Source of the DNA: Heteronotia binoei
Lineage: Eukaryota
Reading direction: 5' to 3'
Assembly (NCBI RefSeq): GCF_032191835.1
Contig: NC_083239.1
Coordinates: 39,060,001-39,124,000, forward strand
DNA length: 64,000 nucleotides
The position numbers and the translations under genes are program-made. Position 1 is the stretch's first letter. Each line of letters opens with the position of its first letter. The notes beneath the pieces were generated by a model. That model was not told the origin of the DNA and did no database searches. It saw nothing but the letters and a program-made list of their open reading frames with translations. Shown in pieces: positions 11,208 through 23,178 of the stretch.

Positions 11208-11505
11208 GAGCCCCGTGGCACAGAGTGTTAAAGCTGCAGTACTGTAGTCCTAAGCTCTGCTCATGACCTGAGTTCAATTCCGGCGGAAGCTGGGTTCAGG
11301 TAGCCGACTCAAGGTTGACTCAGCCTTCCATCCTTCCAAGGTCAGTAAAATGAGTGCCCAGTTTGCTGGAGGGAAAGTGTAGATGACTGAGGAAGGCAAT
11401 GGCAAACCACCCCGTAAAAAGTCTGCTGTGAAAACATTGTGAAAGAAATGTCATCCCAGAGTTGGAAATGACTGGTGCAAGCACAGGGGACCTTTCCTTT
11501 CCTTT
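11208..11505 (+). mobile_element. Sauria-type SINE (other copies, minus strand: ~20847-21130, 27686-27982, 36500-36805, 37905-38030, 38518-38815, 54826-55120; plus strand partial: 27983-28122)
   Basis: GAGCCCCGTGGC head with a B-box-like GAGTTC(G/A)AT, and a conserved body ending in an (ACCTTT)n-like tail. Confidence 0.85.
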
Positions 11506-12121
11506 TCTACCGAGGTTGCAGGTGTGGGAGATTTGATTCAGCCCTCTCCATACAAATCCAGATCACAGGAGAACATAAAAAGAACCGTTTTGGGTCAGGC
11601 AACTGGTCCATCAAGTCCAGCATCCTGTTTCACACGTGACTGACCAGTTCCCCAGGAGGGCCAACAATTATGGCCTAGAGGCTGTGGTCTTCTCTGATGT
11701 TGCCTCCTAGCAGTGATATTCAGACATTTGCTATCTCTAGGGAGGACCCCCCTCCCCTTTTGTGCCCACCCCATTGCAGTATCCACTCACAGTGATTTCC
11801 ACACTTTAATTTGTCATTGCTTCCTTTGCTCTATCCTGAATTTCATCACCCATCTACTTCAGCTGAGACCTAGCATTACAGGAGGAGAACAAGTTCTCTT
11901 CATCCATTAGCTCCACCCCATGAAGAATACATATTTCTATTTGCTTTTCCCCTATCCCTTCCCCTCCCTCGGCTTAGAATCTCCCACTACTGAGTACATG
12001 GTTCCCCCCACTTTTTTTTTCTTTTAGGTCCGTTTTTATATTTATGATAACTTAGGTCAATGGAATTTTCCCCCCTTTTCCTTTCTCTTACATTAATTTT
12101 AATGTCAATATTCTTTTCTAC

Positions 12122-12203
12122 CTTTGAGCAAGGAGGCAAAGATCAGGATTGTCAGAGTTGCTGAGGAAGAGGACAGATTCTGCGCCTTCCAGAAGGGATT
12201 CAT
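12122..12203 (-). CDS. Siglec-A (CD33-related Siglec-like) coding exon 1, signal peptide MNPFWKAQNLSSSSATLTILIFASLLK(G)
   Basis: ATG at 12203. 82 nt ending in phase 1 at G|GTAGAA. Hydrophobic core. Same length as and clearly paralogous to 43794-43875. Joins in frame to the V-set exon. Confidence 0.85.
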
Positions 12204-13185
12204 CTGGTCTCCTCCTGTTCCCTAGTTCCCTCTGACAACCACCGCAAGTTTCTTTCTAAGGCAGAACTTCTGGGGAGGGGGGAGGGAAGGAAAGAGAGAA
12301 CAAATAAGGAAATGACTGACTGTAAGTATCTTTTGGAGTTTGTGTAATAAATAAATGACATTTCTATCCCATCTTTTCTCGTGGTTCAAGGAAACGCTGG
12401 CAATAATAGTTAAAAGCAGGCCTCGGATTCAGCAGGAGCTCACAGGAGCGCAGCTCCTGAACCTTTCTGATGGTTCCCCCTCCTCCTTCCCGCCTTTTCC
12501 ACTGAACAGTAGGTGCAGCTGCATAACAATCCCTGGATGAGCTCCACCACCTATTTTTCTACAAAAACATCCCCTAGTTAAAAGCATTTTCATTTAAGAC
12601 CAAAATTACAATAACAAACCCCAAATCTGTCTCCCGCTCCCCCCTTAAAAGATGCCTGTCATTCAGACCTACTCAAAAAACCCCTAGCAAACCGATAGGC
12701 CTCAAACAAAATGCAAGAATTGCTCATGGCTACAATAGCTGAAAAAATAAAAAATATATATATTAAATGTAATAAAGAACAGTGCATGAAATTCTGACAC
12801 TGTTAACAATGGGTTACAATTTAATTCCCCTATATGAATTCCTTGCAGACTCGACAAAGTTCACCAGAGAGACACAAAATGTCCTTGCAGTGATTTTTTC
12901 CGTTTTAGGGAATTCCTGTTCCTTTTCATATGCTGGAATGAAAGTAATGGACTGCCTTCAAAGATCCCCGCACGCAAGACTGCCGCGACGGAGGAGCTAG
13001 CAAAACCAAGTTGTTTCCCAGAGGCTTCTTCAGGCATGTGTGCTTTTGGAATGCATTTCGCAAAATTGCAGTCACTTTGAGTCATGCAAATTGCTGGTGT
13101 CTGCAAAAACGCTTAGCTGACAGGCCTAACAACGTCTCCTGAAGGTCTCCAGGGGGTGGATTTGGTTTTTTTTTTCACCTTCTCA

Positions 13186-13697
13186 GTAGGGTTGCCAAGT
13201 CCAATTCAAGAAATATCTGGGGATTTTGGGGGAGGAACCAGGAGACTTTGGGGGTGGAGGCAGGAGACATTAGGGGTGGAGCCAAGATCAAGGCTGTGAC
13301 AAGCATAATTGAACTCCAAAGGGAGTTCTGACCATCACATTGAAAGGGACGGCACACCTTTTCAATGCCTTCCTTCCATAGGAAATAATGAAGGATAGGG
13401 GCACCTTCTTTTGGGGCTCATAGAATTGGACCCCCTCGTCCAATCTTTTTGAAACTTGGGGGGTATTTTGGGGAGAGGCACTAGATGCTATACTGAAAAT
13501 TTGGTGCCTCTACCCCAAAAAACAGCCCCTCCCAGAGCCCCAGATACGCGGATCAATTCTCCATGATTTTCTATGGGAATAAATCTCCATAGGGAATAAT
13601 AGAGTGCCCAGCAGACATTTCCCTCCCCTCCCCCCTCTTTCTGATGACACTGAAGCGGGGGGAGGGCCTCCAAACCGGGGGATCCCCTGCCCCCACC
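13186..13697. mobile_element. Non-autonomous DNA element with AGGGTTGCC/GGCAACCCT termini (long form also at 51890-52400; many short forms)
   Basis: Terminal inverted repeats, near-identical internal sequence between copies. Confidence 0.7.
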
Positions 13698-14051
13698 TGG
13701 GGATTGGCAACCCTACTTCTCAGGGAACCTATTCTACAGAGCTGGAACCACAATGGGAAAGGCCTGGACCCTGGTCAGATGGGCCACCTAAGTGGAGGGA
13801 CAGCTATCAGATGGGGCTGCCCGATGGCTATAATTGGTGCATGGGGAGAGGAGGAGATTGGATTTATACCCCACCCTTCACTACCCGAAGGAGTCTCAGA
13901 GCAGCTTACAGTCTCCCAGTACATTTTTTAAAGGTTAAGCCTGGGATGAGGTTTAACTATACTGTGTTTATTAGAAATCACCCGTTCTGAGCTGCAAAGT
14001 AGACTTAATCAGGGGGCAAAAAAAAAAAAGGCAATGCAGGGGTCCCCAACC

Positions 14052-14370
14052 AGTGTTCCCTCTAAGCTGAGTTAGTGTGAGCTAGCTCACAGATTTTAGC
14101 CTCCAGCTCACAGATTTTTGTGTTAGCTCAGGAACGATGACCCCAGAGCACAATAATTTATGCCAGGGGTGGCCGGTAGCTCTCCAGATGTTTTTTTTTG
14201 CCTACAACTCCCATCAGCCCCAACCAGCATGGCAAATGGCTGGGGCTGATGGGAGTTGTAGACAAAAAACATCTGGAGAGCTACCCCTGATTTATGCTAT
14301 AGCTCACAAGTTTAATGCCAATAGCTCACAAAGTAGAATTCTTGCTCATAAGTCTCTGCAGCTTAGAGGG
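14052..14370. mobile_element. MITE with CAGTGTTCCCTCTAAGCTG termini (also ~1-40, 2570-2730, 14900-14995, 24977-25167, 46357-46440, 49874-50300, 56715-56880)
   Basis: Recurrent family with inverted ends TTCCCTCTAAG/CTTAGAGGGAA. Confidence 0.7.
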
Positions 14371-14464
14371 AATATTGTCCTCAACCATTTTGAGCTTGCG
14401 GGCGGCTTTGAGATTATGGCTGCCAAGGGAGGTGGAGTCGCATAGAGAGAGGAAGCCTAAGTGT

Positions 14465-14895
14465 AGGGGGATGCTTTCAACCTTTCCTCATAGGACTTGG
14501 TCTCCAGACCCCTCACCATCTTCGTCACCCTTCTCTGGACCCGTTCCAGCTTGTCTATATCCTTCTTAAAATGTGGTGCCCAAAACTGAGCACAGTACTC
14601 CAGGTGAGGTCTTACCAGAGCAGAGCAAAGCGATACCATCTCTTCTTGTGATCTGGAGGCTATACTTCTGTTGATACAGCCCAAAATTGCATTTGCCTTT
14701 TTAGCCACCGCACCACACTGTTGACTCATGTTCAGCGTATGATCCACTAAGACCCCTAGATCCTTTTCGCACATACTACTGCAAAGACCAGTCTCTCCCA
14801 TCCTATAACTATGCATGGGATTTTTCCTACCGAAATGCAGAACTTTACATTTATCCCTGTTAAAATTCATTTTATTGGTTTTAGCCCAGTTTTCC
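14465..14895 (-). mobile_element. CR1 LINE ORF2 fragment
   Basis: FNRDKCKVLHFGRKN...EKDLGVLVD...[30 protein letters not shown]. Confidence 0.92.
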
Positions 14896-16225
14896 AGCTT
14901 GCTCTGGGGCCATTTTTCCTGAGCGAAGACAAAAATATGTGAGTCGGAGTCTGAAAAACTGAGCTAGCTCACACTAGCTCAGCTTAGAGGGAATGCTGGT
15001 TGGGAAGCAGCGGTGTAGGGTTGCCATGTTTGACTCAGGAAATATCTGGGGATTTAAGGGATGGAGCCAGAAACAAGCTTGTGACAGCAAGACTGAACTA
15101 CAAAAGGGAGAAGAAGATATTGGATTTATATCCCACCCTATTACTCTGAATCTCAGAGTCTTGGAGCAGTCACAATCTCCTTTACTTCCCCACCTCACAA
15201 CAGACACCCTGTGATGTGGGTGGGGCTGAGAGGGCTCTCACAGCAGCTGCCCTTTCAAGGACAACTCTTACGAGAGCTATGGCTGACCCAAGGCCATTCC
15301 AGCAGCTGCAAGTGGAGAAGTGGGGAATCAAACCTGGTTCTCCCAGATAAGAGTCCGCACACTTAACCACTACACCAAACTGGCATTCTGGCTATCACAA
15401 TTAAAGGGACAACTCCCTTTTAAATCCCTTCCCTTCATTGGAAATAACGAAAGATGGGGGCACCTTCTTTTGGGGCTCATAGAACTGAACCCACTGGTCC
15501 AATCTTTTTGAAACGTGGGGGTTTGAGGAGAGGCACCAGATGCTATGCTGAAAATCTGGTGCCTCTACCTCAAAAAATAGCTGCCCTACAGCCCCAGAGA
15601 CCCACAGATAGACCAAGATTTCCTCCTTTTCAACAGACCTCCAAGTTAAGCTGGCCACTTCTCTTGAAGGAAACCTCCCGCTCTGTGGTCTTGTTAACAC
15701 ACCGACACTCAGTAGAATGGAGGAAGGGGAAATGGAGGGCGGGGGAGAGGTTAACTTCACCCAGAAGTGATGTCAGCACGTTGTCATGGTGCTCTAGGAT
15801 TCACCAGAAATCCCTATGGTAGCCCAAGTTTTACCACTTCTACGCCCTGGTAAACCTCCCACTGGTTGCCAGTGCTCAACTGGCAACCCCACTGCGAGTA
15901 GACTTACTTCTGCTGCAGCCAGAGAGAAGAGCCAGCGGTAACCTGCTGCTGCCTTGCTGATGTCTTCTGAAACGTGGGAAGGATTTTGCTGTGAAACCAA
16001 TGAAAAGTAAGAAATCAGAACCCAAAAAGCAGAAGTGATCGCAAAGAACTTAGGCAAGAAATCTGGCAGGGGCGAGGGTGAGAGAAATGAAAGTTGCCTT
16101 TCGTAAACGTTTTTCTCACATTTGTCATATTTCCTTACATAGTGCCTTATCAGCAGCTTCGCTTATGTTCCCCTTCTGAGCAGAAGGTCTTCTCAGCCCC
16201 TTCTTCAAAACAAAAAGGCCTAGGG

Positions 16226-16600
16226 CAGGGGTGGCCAGACTTGCTTAACCTAAGAGCCACAGAGAATAAACATCAGATGTTTGAGAGCCACAGAGAATAA
16301 ACATCAGATGTTTGAGAGCCACAGAGAATAAACATCAGATGTTTGAGAGCTGCAAGACATGAATGTCAGATGGTTGAGAGCAGGGAGGGAGGGAGGGAGG
16401 GAGGAAGTTGGGGGAGGGAGAGGTGGAAAGAAAGCAACTTTAAATCTTCTCCAAGCTGACAGCTGGCTTGGTTTAGAGAAGTGAATTAAAGAGAGAAATG
16501 CCTTCTCCAAGTCAGCCAACAGGGTGGTGGGGGCTTAGAGCCACACAGATTGTGTGAAAGAGTCACATGTGGTTCCCGAGCCACAGTTTGGTCACCTGTG
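16226..16600. mobile_element. hAT-type MITE, CAGGGGTGGCCAAAC family (also ~10738-11012, 17088-17378, 33590-33936, 40436-40782, 53999-54277, 55728-56046, 57661-57934, 61794-62080)
   Basis: TIRs and 8-bp TSDs (gcctaggg/gcctagag; gtctaggg/gtctagga at 61794; agctaagc at 33590). Variable internal 30-31-bp tandem repeats. Confidence 0.8.
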
Positions 16601-17779
16601 GCCTAGAGACTTGGGCCACTTCTACACAGGTTATCTGTCCTGGGGTTCACTGCTGTTGAGGAGGTATTTTTCCTGCTTCTCCACAGCATTGCAGTGCATG
16701 TATGCACCTGTCAGGGTTTCTGCAGCTTTTCTCTGATCTTTGTTAAACCTGCTTTGTTGTGAAATTTTGGAAGGGATTACTGTAAAGCTTGGATGACTGC
16801 TGTGTGGGTGGGAAGGTTTGGGTTTTCCTGTCCACATGACAGCTATTTACCATGACATTTCCTCATAGTGGCCAATTCTGGTCCATAACACCAGGGGGCG
16901 GAGGGCTTTGTTTTAATAAGCAGTTCCATATCATTATATCAATGAACCATGATAAAAATATGTGTAATTTGTGAATTCCTTCCTTCAGCCCCTTCCATTG
17001 TGGAGATATAAGGGGAAAGGCATAACTCTGTATTGGAAGAGAGCCCGTTGCACTTATTAGTACAACTGTTTATCGATACAACTATATCAGTGGTGGCCAA
17101 ACTTGCTTAACGTAAGAGCCACATAGAATAAATGTAAGGTGTCTGAGAGCTGCAAGATATGAACATCAGATTTTGAGAGGAAGGACGGAAGGAAATAGAT
17201 GGGGACAGAGGTGGAAAGAAAGCAACTTTAACTTTAAATGCATTTTCCAAGCTGCCAGTTGGCTTGGAGAAGTGATTTAAAGAGACAAAAACCTTTTCCA
17301 AGCTGACCGATGGGGTGGTGGGGGCTTCAAGAGCTACACAATATGTGTGAAAGAGCCACACAGCTTGGTCACCTATGCCCTAGGGCAAAACAGCAATTTT
17401 TACTCAGGCTTTAAGCTAAGTCTTTGCATCCTCTTTGGCTATTTCATAATCTGAGTTCTGTTTTATGGCTCGTTTAAGGCTGTTTTGATGCCCTCCGCCC
17501 CCCCCCCCCAAAACCCGGAACTTGCCCTCAGTTTCTGCCTAGCATGGATCGTTCTTCTCTCTGTTGATCCAGAAAAAATGGACACATCACAAAAAAAGGT
17601 ACGAGTTAATTAATGGGGGAAAGAAAGAACAAGAATAGCTTTTTAAACCGTCAGGAAAATTTCCAGTGTATGGAGTTCCACATCTATCCAACCCCTCTTT
17701 CTTTAGTGCCAGGCAGATGCTCCAGCAAACAAGCTTGCGTCCCGAGATTGACTGCTACTACACATGGATGCTCACCCCA

Positions 17780-18447
17780 AACCCCAATCGGTAAAGGATC
17801 CTTGCTAAAAGGGAGAAAAGCGCAGGGGCGTGGCTACAGGGAGGGGAAGAGAGAGGATTCACTTTACCCAATCAGACCACAGGCTCGTATTCCCGCCGGC
17901 CAATGGAGCGACTCTGTAGGCGGGAGTAAGAGCTGCAAAGGCAGATGGACTCTCCGCGCATCTTTAAAATAATTTATGAATCCGCGAAGCTCCCGAGGGA
18001 GGACGAGGGGGGGGCTTTGTGACGTCAGGGCGCTGAGCCAATCCCAACGCTGTGACTTTGGCAAACTTTCCTCTCTCTCTATTGAAGTGTTCCCCGCGGG
18101 CGCCGGGGGAGGAAGATGGGCGGGAGCGTACCCACGGGCACGTGTCGTTTTTAAAGATGCTTCAGACGTTCTTGGGACCGGTGCAGACGCGTTTCTCTTT
18201 GCGGGCGCGGTATAACGTTTGCCAAACCCGTTCAGGCATTTTTTTTTTGCACCAGTTAAACCCTCTTGAATAATAGCGAGTTTGGGCAATTAAAACCTTT
18301 GCACGGAACTTTTACTTTTCCCGCGCTGCTTTGGGCACGCTCAGGCGTCAGCGAACTCTGGAGGCCGTCGACGACCCTTTTGAGCAGCACTTTCTAAGGG
18401 GACTCCAGAAATCCCAGACTGCTGCAAGCTGATGCGTCCTGCTTGCC
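17780..18447 (+). promoter_or_regulatory. CpG-rich promoter/5' region of the TRIM gene
   Basis: High CpG density from ~17.85 kb into the RING exon. CCAAT at 17784, 17868, 17900 and 18038. Full CRE TGACGTCA at 18020-18027. GC box GGGGCGTGGC at 17825. E-box CACGTG near 18139. Confidence 0.75.
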
Positions 18448-19986
18448 ATGGAGGGGGGGTGCCCAAGGACCATGCCGCGGTGCCCATCCTCGCCTGGGTT
18501 TCCCCAAAAGGAGAGAGAACCGGGCCCTGCAGCAGCCGGGAGTCTCTTGGAGGAGTTACGGCAGGAGGCGACCTGCCCCATCTGCCTGGACTTTTTAAAA
18601 GAGCCCGTGATCGTGGGCTGCGGGCACGGCTTCTGCCAGGCCTGCATAACCCAGTGGTGGGAGGAGATGGACGCCCCTTCTTGCCCTCAGTGCCGAAAGG
18701 TGTTCCAGCAAGAGACCTTCGTGCCAACCCGGCAGCTGGCCAACGTCGTGATGTTCGTCAAGAAAGCTCAAGGGGGGAAAGGAGCCAAGGGGAAAAAGTG
18801 GGGTAGGTGCGAAAGGCACCAGAAGCCCCTGAAGCTCTTCTGCCACGAGGACCAAGTCGCCATCTGTTTGGAGTGCGGCACGTCCCTGGGCCACCGAAAC
18901 CACCATTTCCTTCTCATGGAGGTGGTTTTCCTGGAGTACCGGGAAAAGATCCATGCCCAGCTTCAGGGTCTGGAACGTGAGAAAGAAGAGCTGAAGAAAG
19001 AGAAAAAGGCGGAGGACCAGAGGAGCCGGATCTTTTGGGCCCAGTTGGAGTTAGAGAAGCAGCAGACCAGGTCGGCCTTTCAGCAGATGCGGCTTTACCT
19101 CGAAGAACAAGAGCGGCTCAGGTTGTGCCAACTGGAGAAGATGGAGGGAGAGATGGAGAAGAGAGACAGAGAAAGCCGGGCCAGGTTCTCAGAGGAAATC
19201 TCCGATCTCAATCGCCTCGTCGCAGAGCTAGAGGGCAAGGGTCAGCAGCCGGAAACCGTATTTGGGCAGGATCCCAGAACTATATTGAACAGATGTGAGA
19301 AGAAGCCCGGAAAGCAATTGGTCAAACTTCCTCCCATACTGGAACAGAACCTCAGGAATTACTCGAGACAGACGCCTGATTTACAGAAGGCCCTCAAGGA
19401 ATGTGAGGAGTCCCTGGACAAAGCGCTGGCCAAACTACTGACTAACGTGAACGTGACTTTGGATCCGGAAACGGCACATCCCAAACTCAGGGTGTTTTCG
19501 GATCTGAAGACAGTGATGCGATTGCAGATAGCAGAGAACCGTCCCTTAAACCTTGAGAGATTTGATACTCTAGAAAGTGTGCTAGGCCATGAAAAATTTA
19601 CCTCAGGAAGACACTTGTGGGAGGTGGATCTGAGGAACGGACTGTCGTGGGCTGTGGGGGTGGCCAGAGAGTCTGTCAAGAGAAAGGGAAATATCACACT
19701 TAATCCTGAGGAGGGATTCTGGGTTTTGCAGGCCACAGACGACCTTGATAGTCGTTATAATTTATGCTGTCAGATCTACGCTTTGACTTCCTCTCAGTCG
19801 GTTCTTGTATCTGACAGCTGTCTCCAAAAGATCCGGATACTCCTGGACTATGAAAAGGGCCTTGTGGAGTTTTTTTCTGGCGCTGCAAATGAAAAGCTCT
19901 TTGCCTTCCCTCCAACCTCATTCTCTGGGGAGGTTCTCCGTCCCTATTTCTTCATTGGGGAAGGAACCAGGCTGGAGTGCTGCTGA
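18448..19986 (+). CDS. Intronless tripartite-motif E3 ligase (class IV, RING-Bbox2-coiled coil-PRY/SPRY; TRIM27/TRIM39/RFP-like), 512 aa
   Basis: Single ORF with C3HC4 RING (CPIC...CGHGFC..C...CPQC), B-box (CERH...FCHED..ICLEC...HRNH), coiled coil and B30.2 motifs (VTLDPETAHPKL, FTSGRHLWEV, WAVGVARES, EGFW, LLDYEKG, LRPYF). Confidence 0.95.
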   Translation: MEGGCPRTMPRCPSSPGFPQKEREPGPAAAGSLLEELRQEATCPICLDFLKEPVIVGCGHGFCQACITQWWEEMDAPSCPQCRKVFQQETFVPTRQLANVVMFVKKAQGGKGAKGKKWGRCERHQKPLKLFCHEDQVAICLECGTSLGHRNHHFLLMEVVFLEYREKIHAQLQGLEREKEELKKEKKAEDQRSRIFWAQLELEKQQTRSAFQQMRLYLEEQERLRLCQLEKMEGEMEKRDRESRARFSEEISDLNRLVAELEGKGQQPETVFGQDPRTILNRCEKKPGKQLVKLPPILEQNLRNYSRQTPDLQKALKECEESLDKALAKLLTNVNVTLDPETAHPKLRVFSDLKTVMRLQIAENRPLNLERFDTLESVLGHEKFTSGRHLWEVDLRNGLSWAVGVARESVKRKGNITLNPEEGFWVLQATDDLDSRYNLCCQIYALTSSQSVLVSDSCLQKIRILLDYEKGLVEFFSGAANEKLFAFPPTSFSGEVLRPYFFIGEGTRLECC

Positions 19987-22900
19987 ATCCAGAGAAGAGC
20001 AGTCACCAGGATGGGCTCCATAACCCTTGAAAATGGTTTCCTTTTGCCCGATAACAATGATATGCATGGAATTAAAGTATCGTATGGATCCTTTGGTGCA
20101 TGAGTGCCTTTTTCCTAATAATTCCCAATATAATAATTTCCAAATATTGATCCAGAAGGAAGAAGAAGGTATTGGATATATATCCCACCCTCCACTCCGA
20201 ATCTCAGAGTGACTCACAATCTCCTTTATCTCCCTCCCCCACAAAAGACACCGTGTGAGGTGGGTGGGGTTGAGAGAGCTCTGACAGAAGCTACCCTTTC
20301 AATGACAACTCTTACCAGAGCTATGGCTTACCCAAGGCCATTGCAGCAGCTGCAAGTGGAGGAAGGGGGAATCAAACCCCGTTCTCCCAGATAAGAGTCC
20401 GCACTCTTAACCACTACACCAAACTGGCTTTCAAAGGAAGACTGTAATGGGCTGTTTTGGGTTTCTGTCTGTTCCAATGTCCTTCCACCACCTTTCCATA
20501 TTCTTCAGTTCTTCTGTCGACAGGGATTTATATTGACCACTGGGTGACGTTGCAGAGCAGGGCTTGGATCCCACAGAAAATTTCCACTAATAGAAGGGAC
20601 CTTGCTGGTCCTGCCCTCTTCCCCTGCAGCCCAAAATTTCCTCCAACATGCTGTTAACAACAGACAAGTACCCCTCCTCCCCCCCCCAAAAAAAAGTCGG
20701 AGGAGAGATATTTAAAGATCAGGAGAGGAGAATCAGCAAAAAAATCTGCTTTCCATTTGCCAAAATCTTCTGTAGGATCCAACCCCAACCACTTATGCTC
20801 CTGGTGAATCACAATTTTTAGTTGCCTTGAGGTCCCCCCACGGGTAAAAAGGTCAAAGTAGTCCCCTTTGCAAGCACCAGTCGTTTCCGACTCTGGGGTG
20901 ACGTTGCATCATGACGTTTTCACGGCAGACTTTTTTACGGGGTGGTTTGCCACTGCCTCCCCCAGTCATCTACACTTTCCCCCCAGCAAGCTGGGTACTC
21001 ATTTTACCGACCTCGAAAGGATGGAAAGCTGAGTCAACCTAGAGCCAGCTACCTGAACCCAGCTTCCGCCGGGATCGAACTCAGGTCGTGACCAGAGCTT
21101 AGGACTGCAGTACTGCAGCTTTACCACGGGAGTAAGATCTAAAAAGGGAAATAGCAGACCAGGCCTAAAAGGAGGGTGGGAGGTTAAAGAAACAAGGGTG
21201 ATCCGGCCTTTTGTGGGGGGGGGGAGCAATTTTTGTTACGTCTGTGGTCTGAGGTCTTACGTCTGAGGTCGCTCTGTCCAAGAAACACTTTGCTCTTTTC
21301 CATTTAAAAAACAGATACTAAGAAAACAATTGGAAGATTTTAAACTTTGCTGCTTCTGAACAACGTAATGTCTGAAGAGGGAGAACACAGAGGGCGGGAG
21401 GAGGAACTTCTCTCATTGGAAAACCGCAAGCAGCATCTCTCCCCCTCCACTCCCCCCATCCTATAAGCTGCATCTTCTGTGTTCCCTTTACAGACCTGTA
21501 TTCATTCAAGCAAAAACGAACAAAGGATAGAACAAAGATTGAGCACAGTGGCATAGTTGGAGTCCAGACTGTATCTGAAGAAGTGTGCCGGCACATGAAA
21601 GCTTTTACCTTGATCAGGGGTCGCTTTGTAGAAAAATAGGTGGTGGAGCTCATCCAGGGATTGCTATGCAGCTGCACCTACTATTCAATGGACAAGGTGG
21701 GGAAGACTCAGAAGTTTCAGGAGCTGTGCTCCTGTGAGCCTCTGCTGAATCCGAGGCCTGCCTTGAATAAAACGTCCTGATTTGAAAAGTGCCACTGGAT
21801 GCAAACTTTGTCCTACCCTTTCAGGTGGGTAGCTGTGTCGGTCCGAAGCAGTAGAACAAACCTTAACTCCAGCGGCATCTTTCAAGACCAACAAAAGTTT
21901 AATTTTGGGTAGAAGCTTTCGTGTGCCTATCTGATGACGTGTGCATGCACATGAAAGCTGACACCCTGAAAGATCTTTGTGAAACACAGTTTGAATCGAC
22001 TACTTAGGCGACATGCAGATTTTTGCTGCTTCCTTTGGAAGGAAAAAATGCTCTGTGTGCGCGTGTGTGTTCTGATCATGGAAGTTTCCCCAGTACAAAT
22101 GTCCTGTACACAAGCAAAACCAACCTCCCCCCCCCAAAAAAAAATCCCTGATTCCTGTGTATTGAGAATCCACCATAGTGTGGGATGGACTGATCCTGTG
22201 GCTTCAATGAAGCTGCTTAAACTCTGGTGGCTGACTACTGGAACCAACCGCCTGAGGAGGTCAGAGCCTTGTGGGACCTTGCCCAGTTCCACAAGGCCTG
22301 CAAGACAACACTATTCCGGCTAGCCTTTAATTAAACTGCCGATATAGCGATGCAAAGGACACCTAAGAGCACGGAATACCATCAAAAATCAATTCTGTTA
22401 TTGGCACCAAAATGTTTTTATTGTTTTAAACTCTTTTAAGTGCTGGAACTGTTCTATTGATGTTTTATTGCAGGGGTGGCCAACGGTAGCTCTCCAGATG
22501 TTTTTTGCCTACAACTCCCATCAGCCCCAGCCAGCATGGCCAATGGCTGGGGCTGATGTAGGCAAACATCTGGAGAGCTTCCGTTGGCCTCCCCTGTTTT
22601 ATTGTAATCTTATTGTTTCTATTGCTGTGAGCCCCCCTGAGCCTGCTTCAGCGGGGAGGGCAGGATATAAAGCCAATAAATCTAAATCTAATCTAAAATC
22701 TAAAAAAGAAAAATCGCCTGCCTCATGGAAAAGATAAAACTTAATGTTATGGACAACTGGCACATGAAAAGTGCCCACAGGCCAAACACTAGTTGTTGTG
22801 ATGGCCTCACAATAATTTTTTTTTAAAAAAGCTTGGTTTTGTGTAGTATAAATCTGTATATGGTTAGGGCTGACTACAGTTGCCAACCTCCAGGTGGTGG

Positions 22901-23009
22901 CTAGAGATCTCCTGGGATTACAACAATCCCAGGGAACAGAGATCAGTTCATATGGCCCAGTTGGAATTGCCCGGAACCATTGCCAACCTAATAAGCTTGT
23001 GTTGTTGGC

Positions 23010-23178
23010 AGGGGTGGAATTCTAGCAGGAGCTTCTTTGCATATTAGGCCACGCACCCCTGATGTAGCCAATCCTCCGAGAACTTACAAAAAAGAGCCTT
23101 GTAAGAGTTTGGAGGATTGGCTACATCAGGGGTGTGTGGCCTAATATGCAAAGGAGCTCCTGTTAGAATTCCACCCCT
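23010..23178. mobile_element. Hairpin MITE, GGGGTGGAATTCTAGCAGGAGC..TTTGCATATTAGGCCAC family (also ~1960-2105, 27063-27232, 36065-36245, 43565-43723)
   Basis: ~50-bp terminal inverted repeats, multiple copies in the window. Confidence 0.75.

Noticed and set aside
16254-16345. 30-bp direct repeats (and 31-bp repeats at ~33790-33900)
   Set aside because: Internal slippage repeats of the hAT MITE, with no spacers.
18341-19736. Antisense and alternate-frame ORFs over the TRIM gene
   Set aside because: By-products of GC-rich coding sequence with no recognisable domains.
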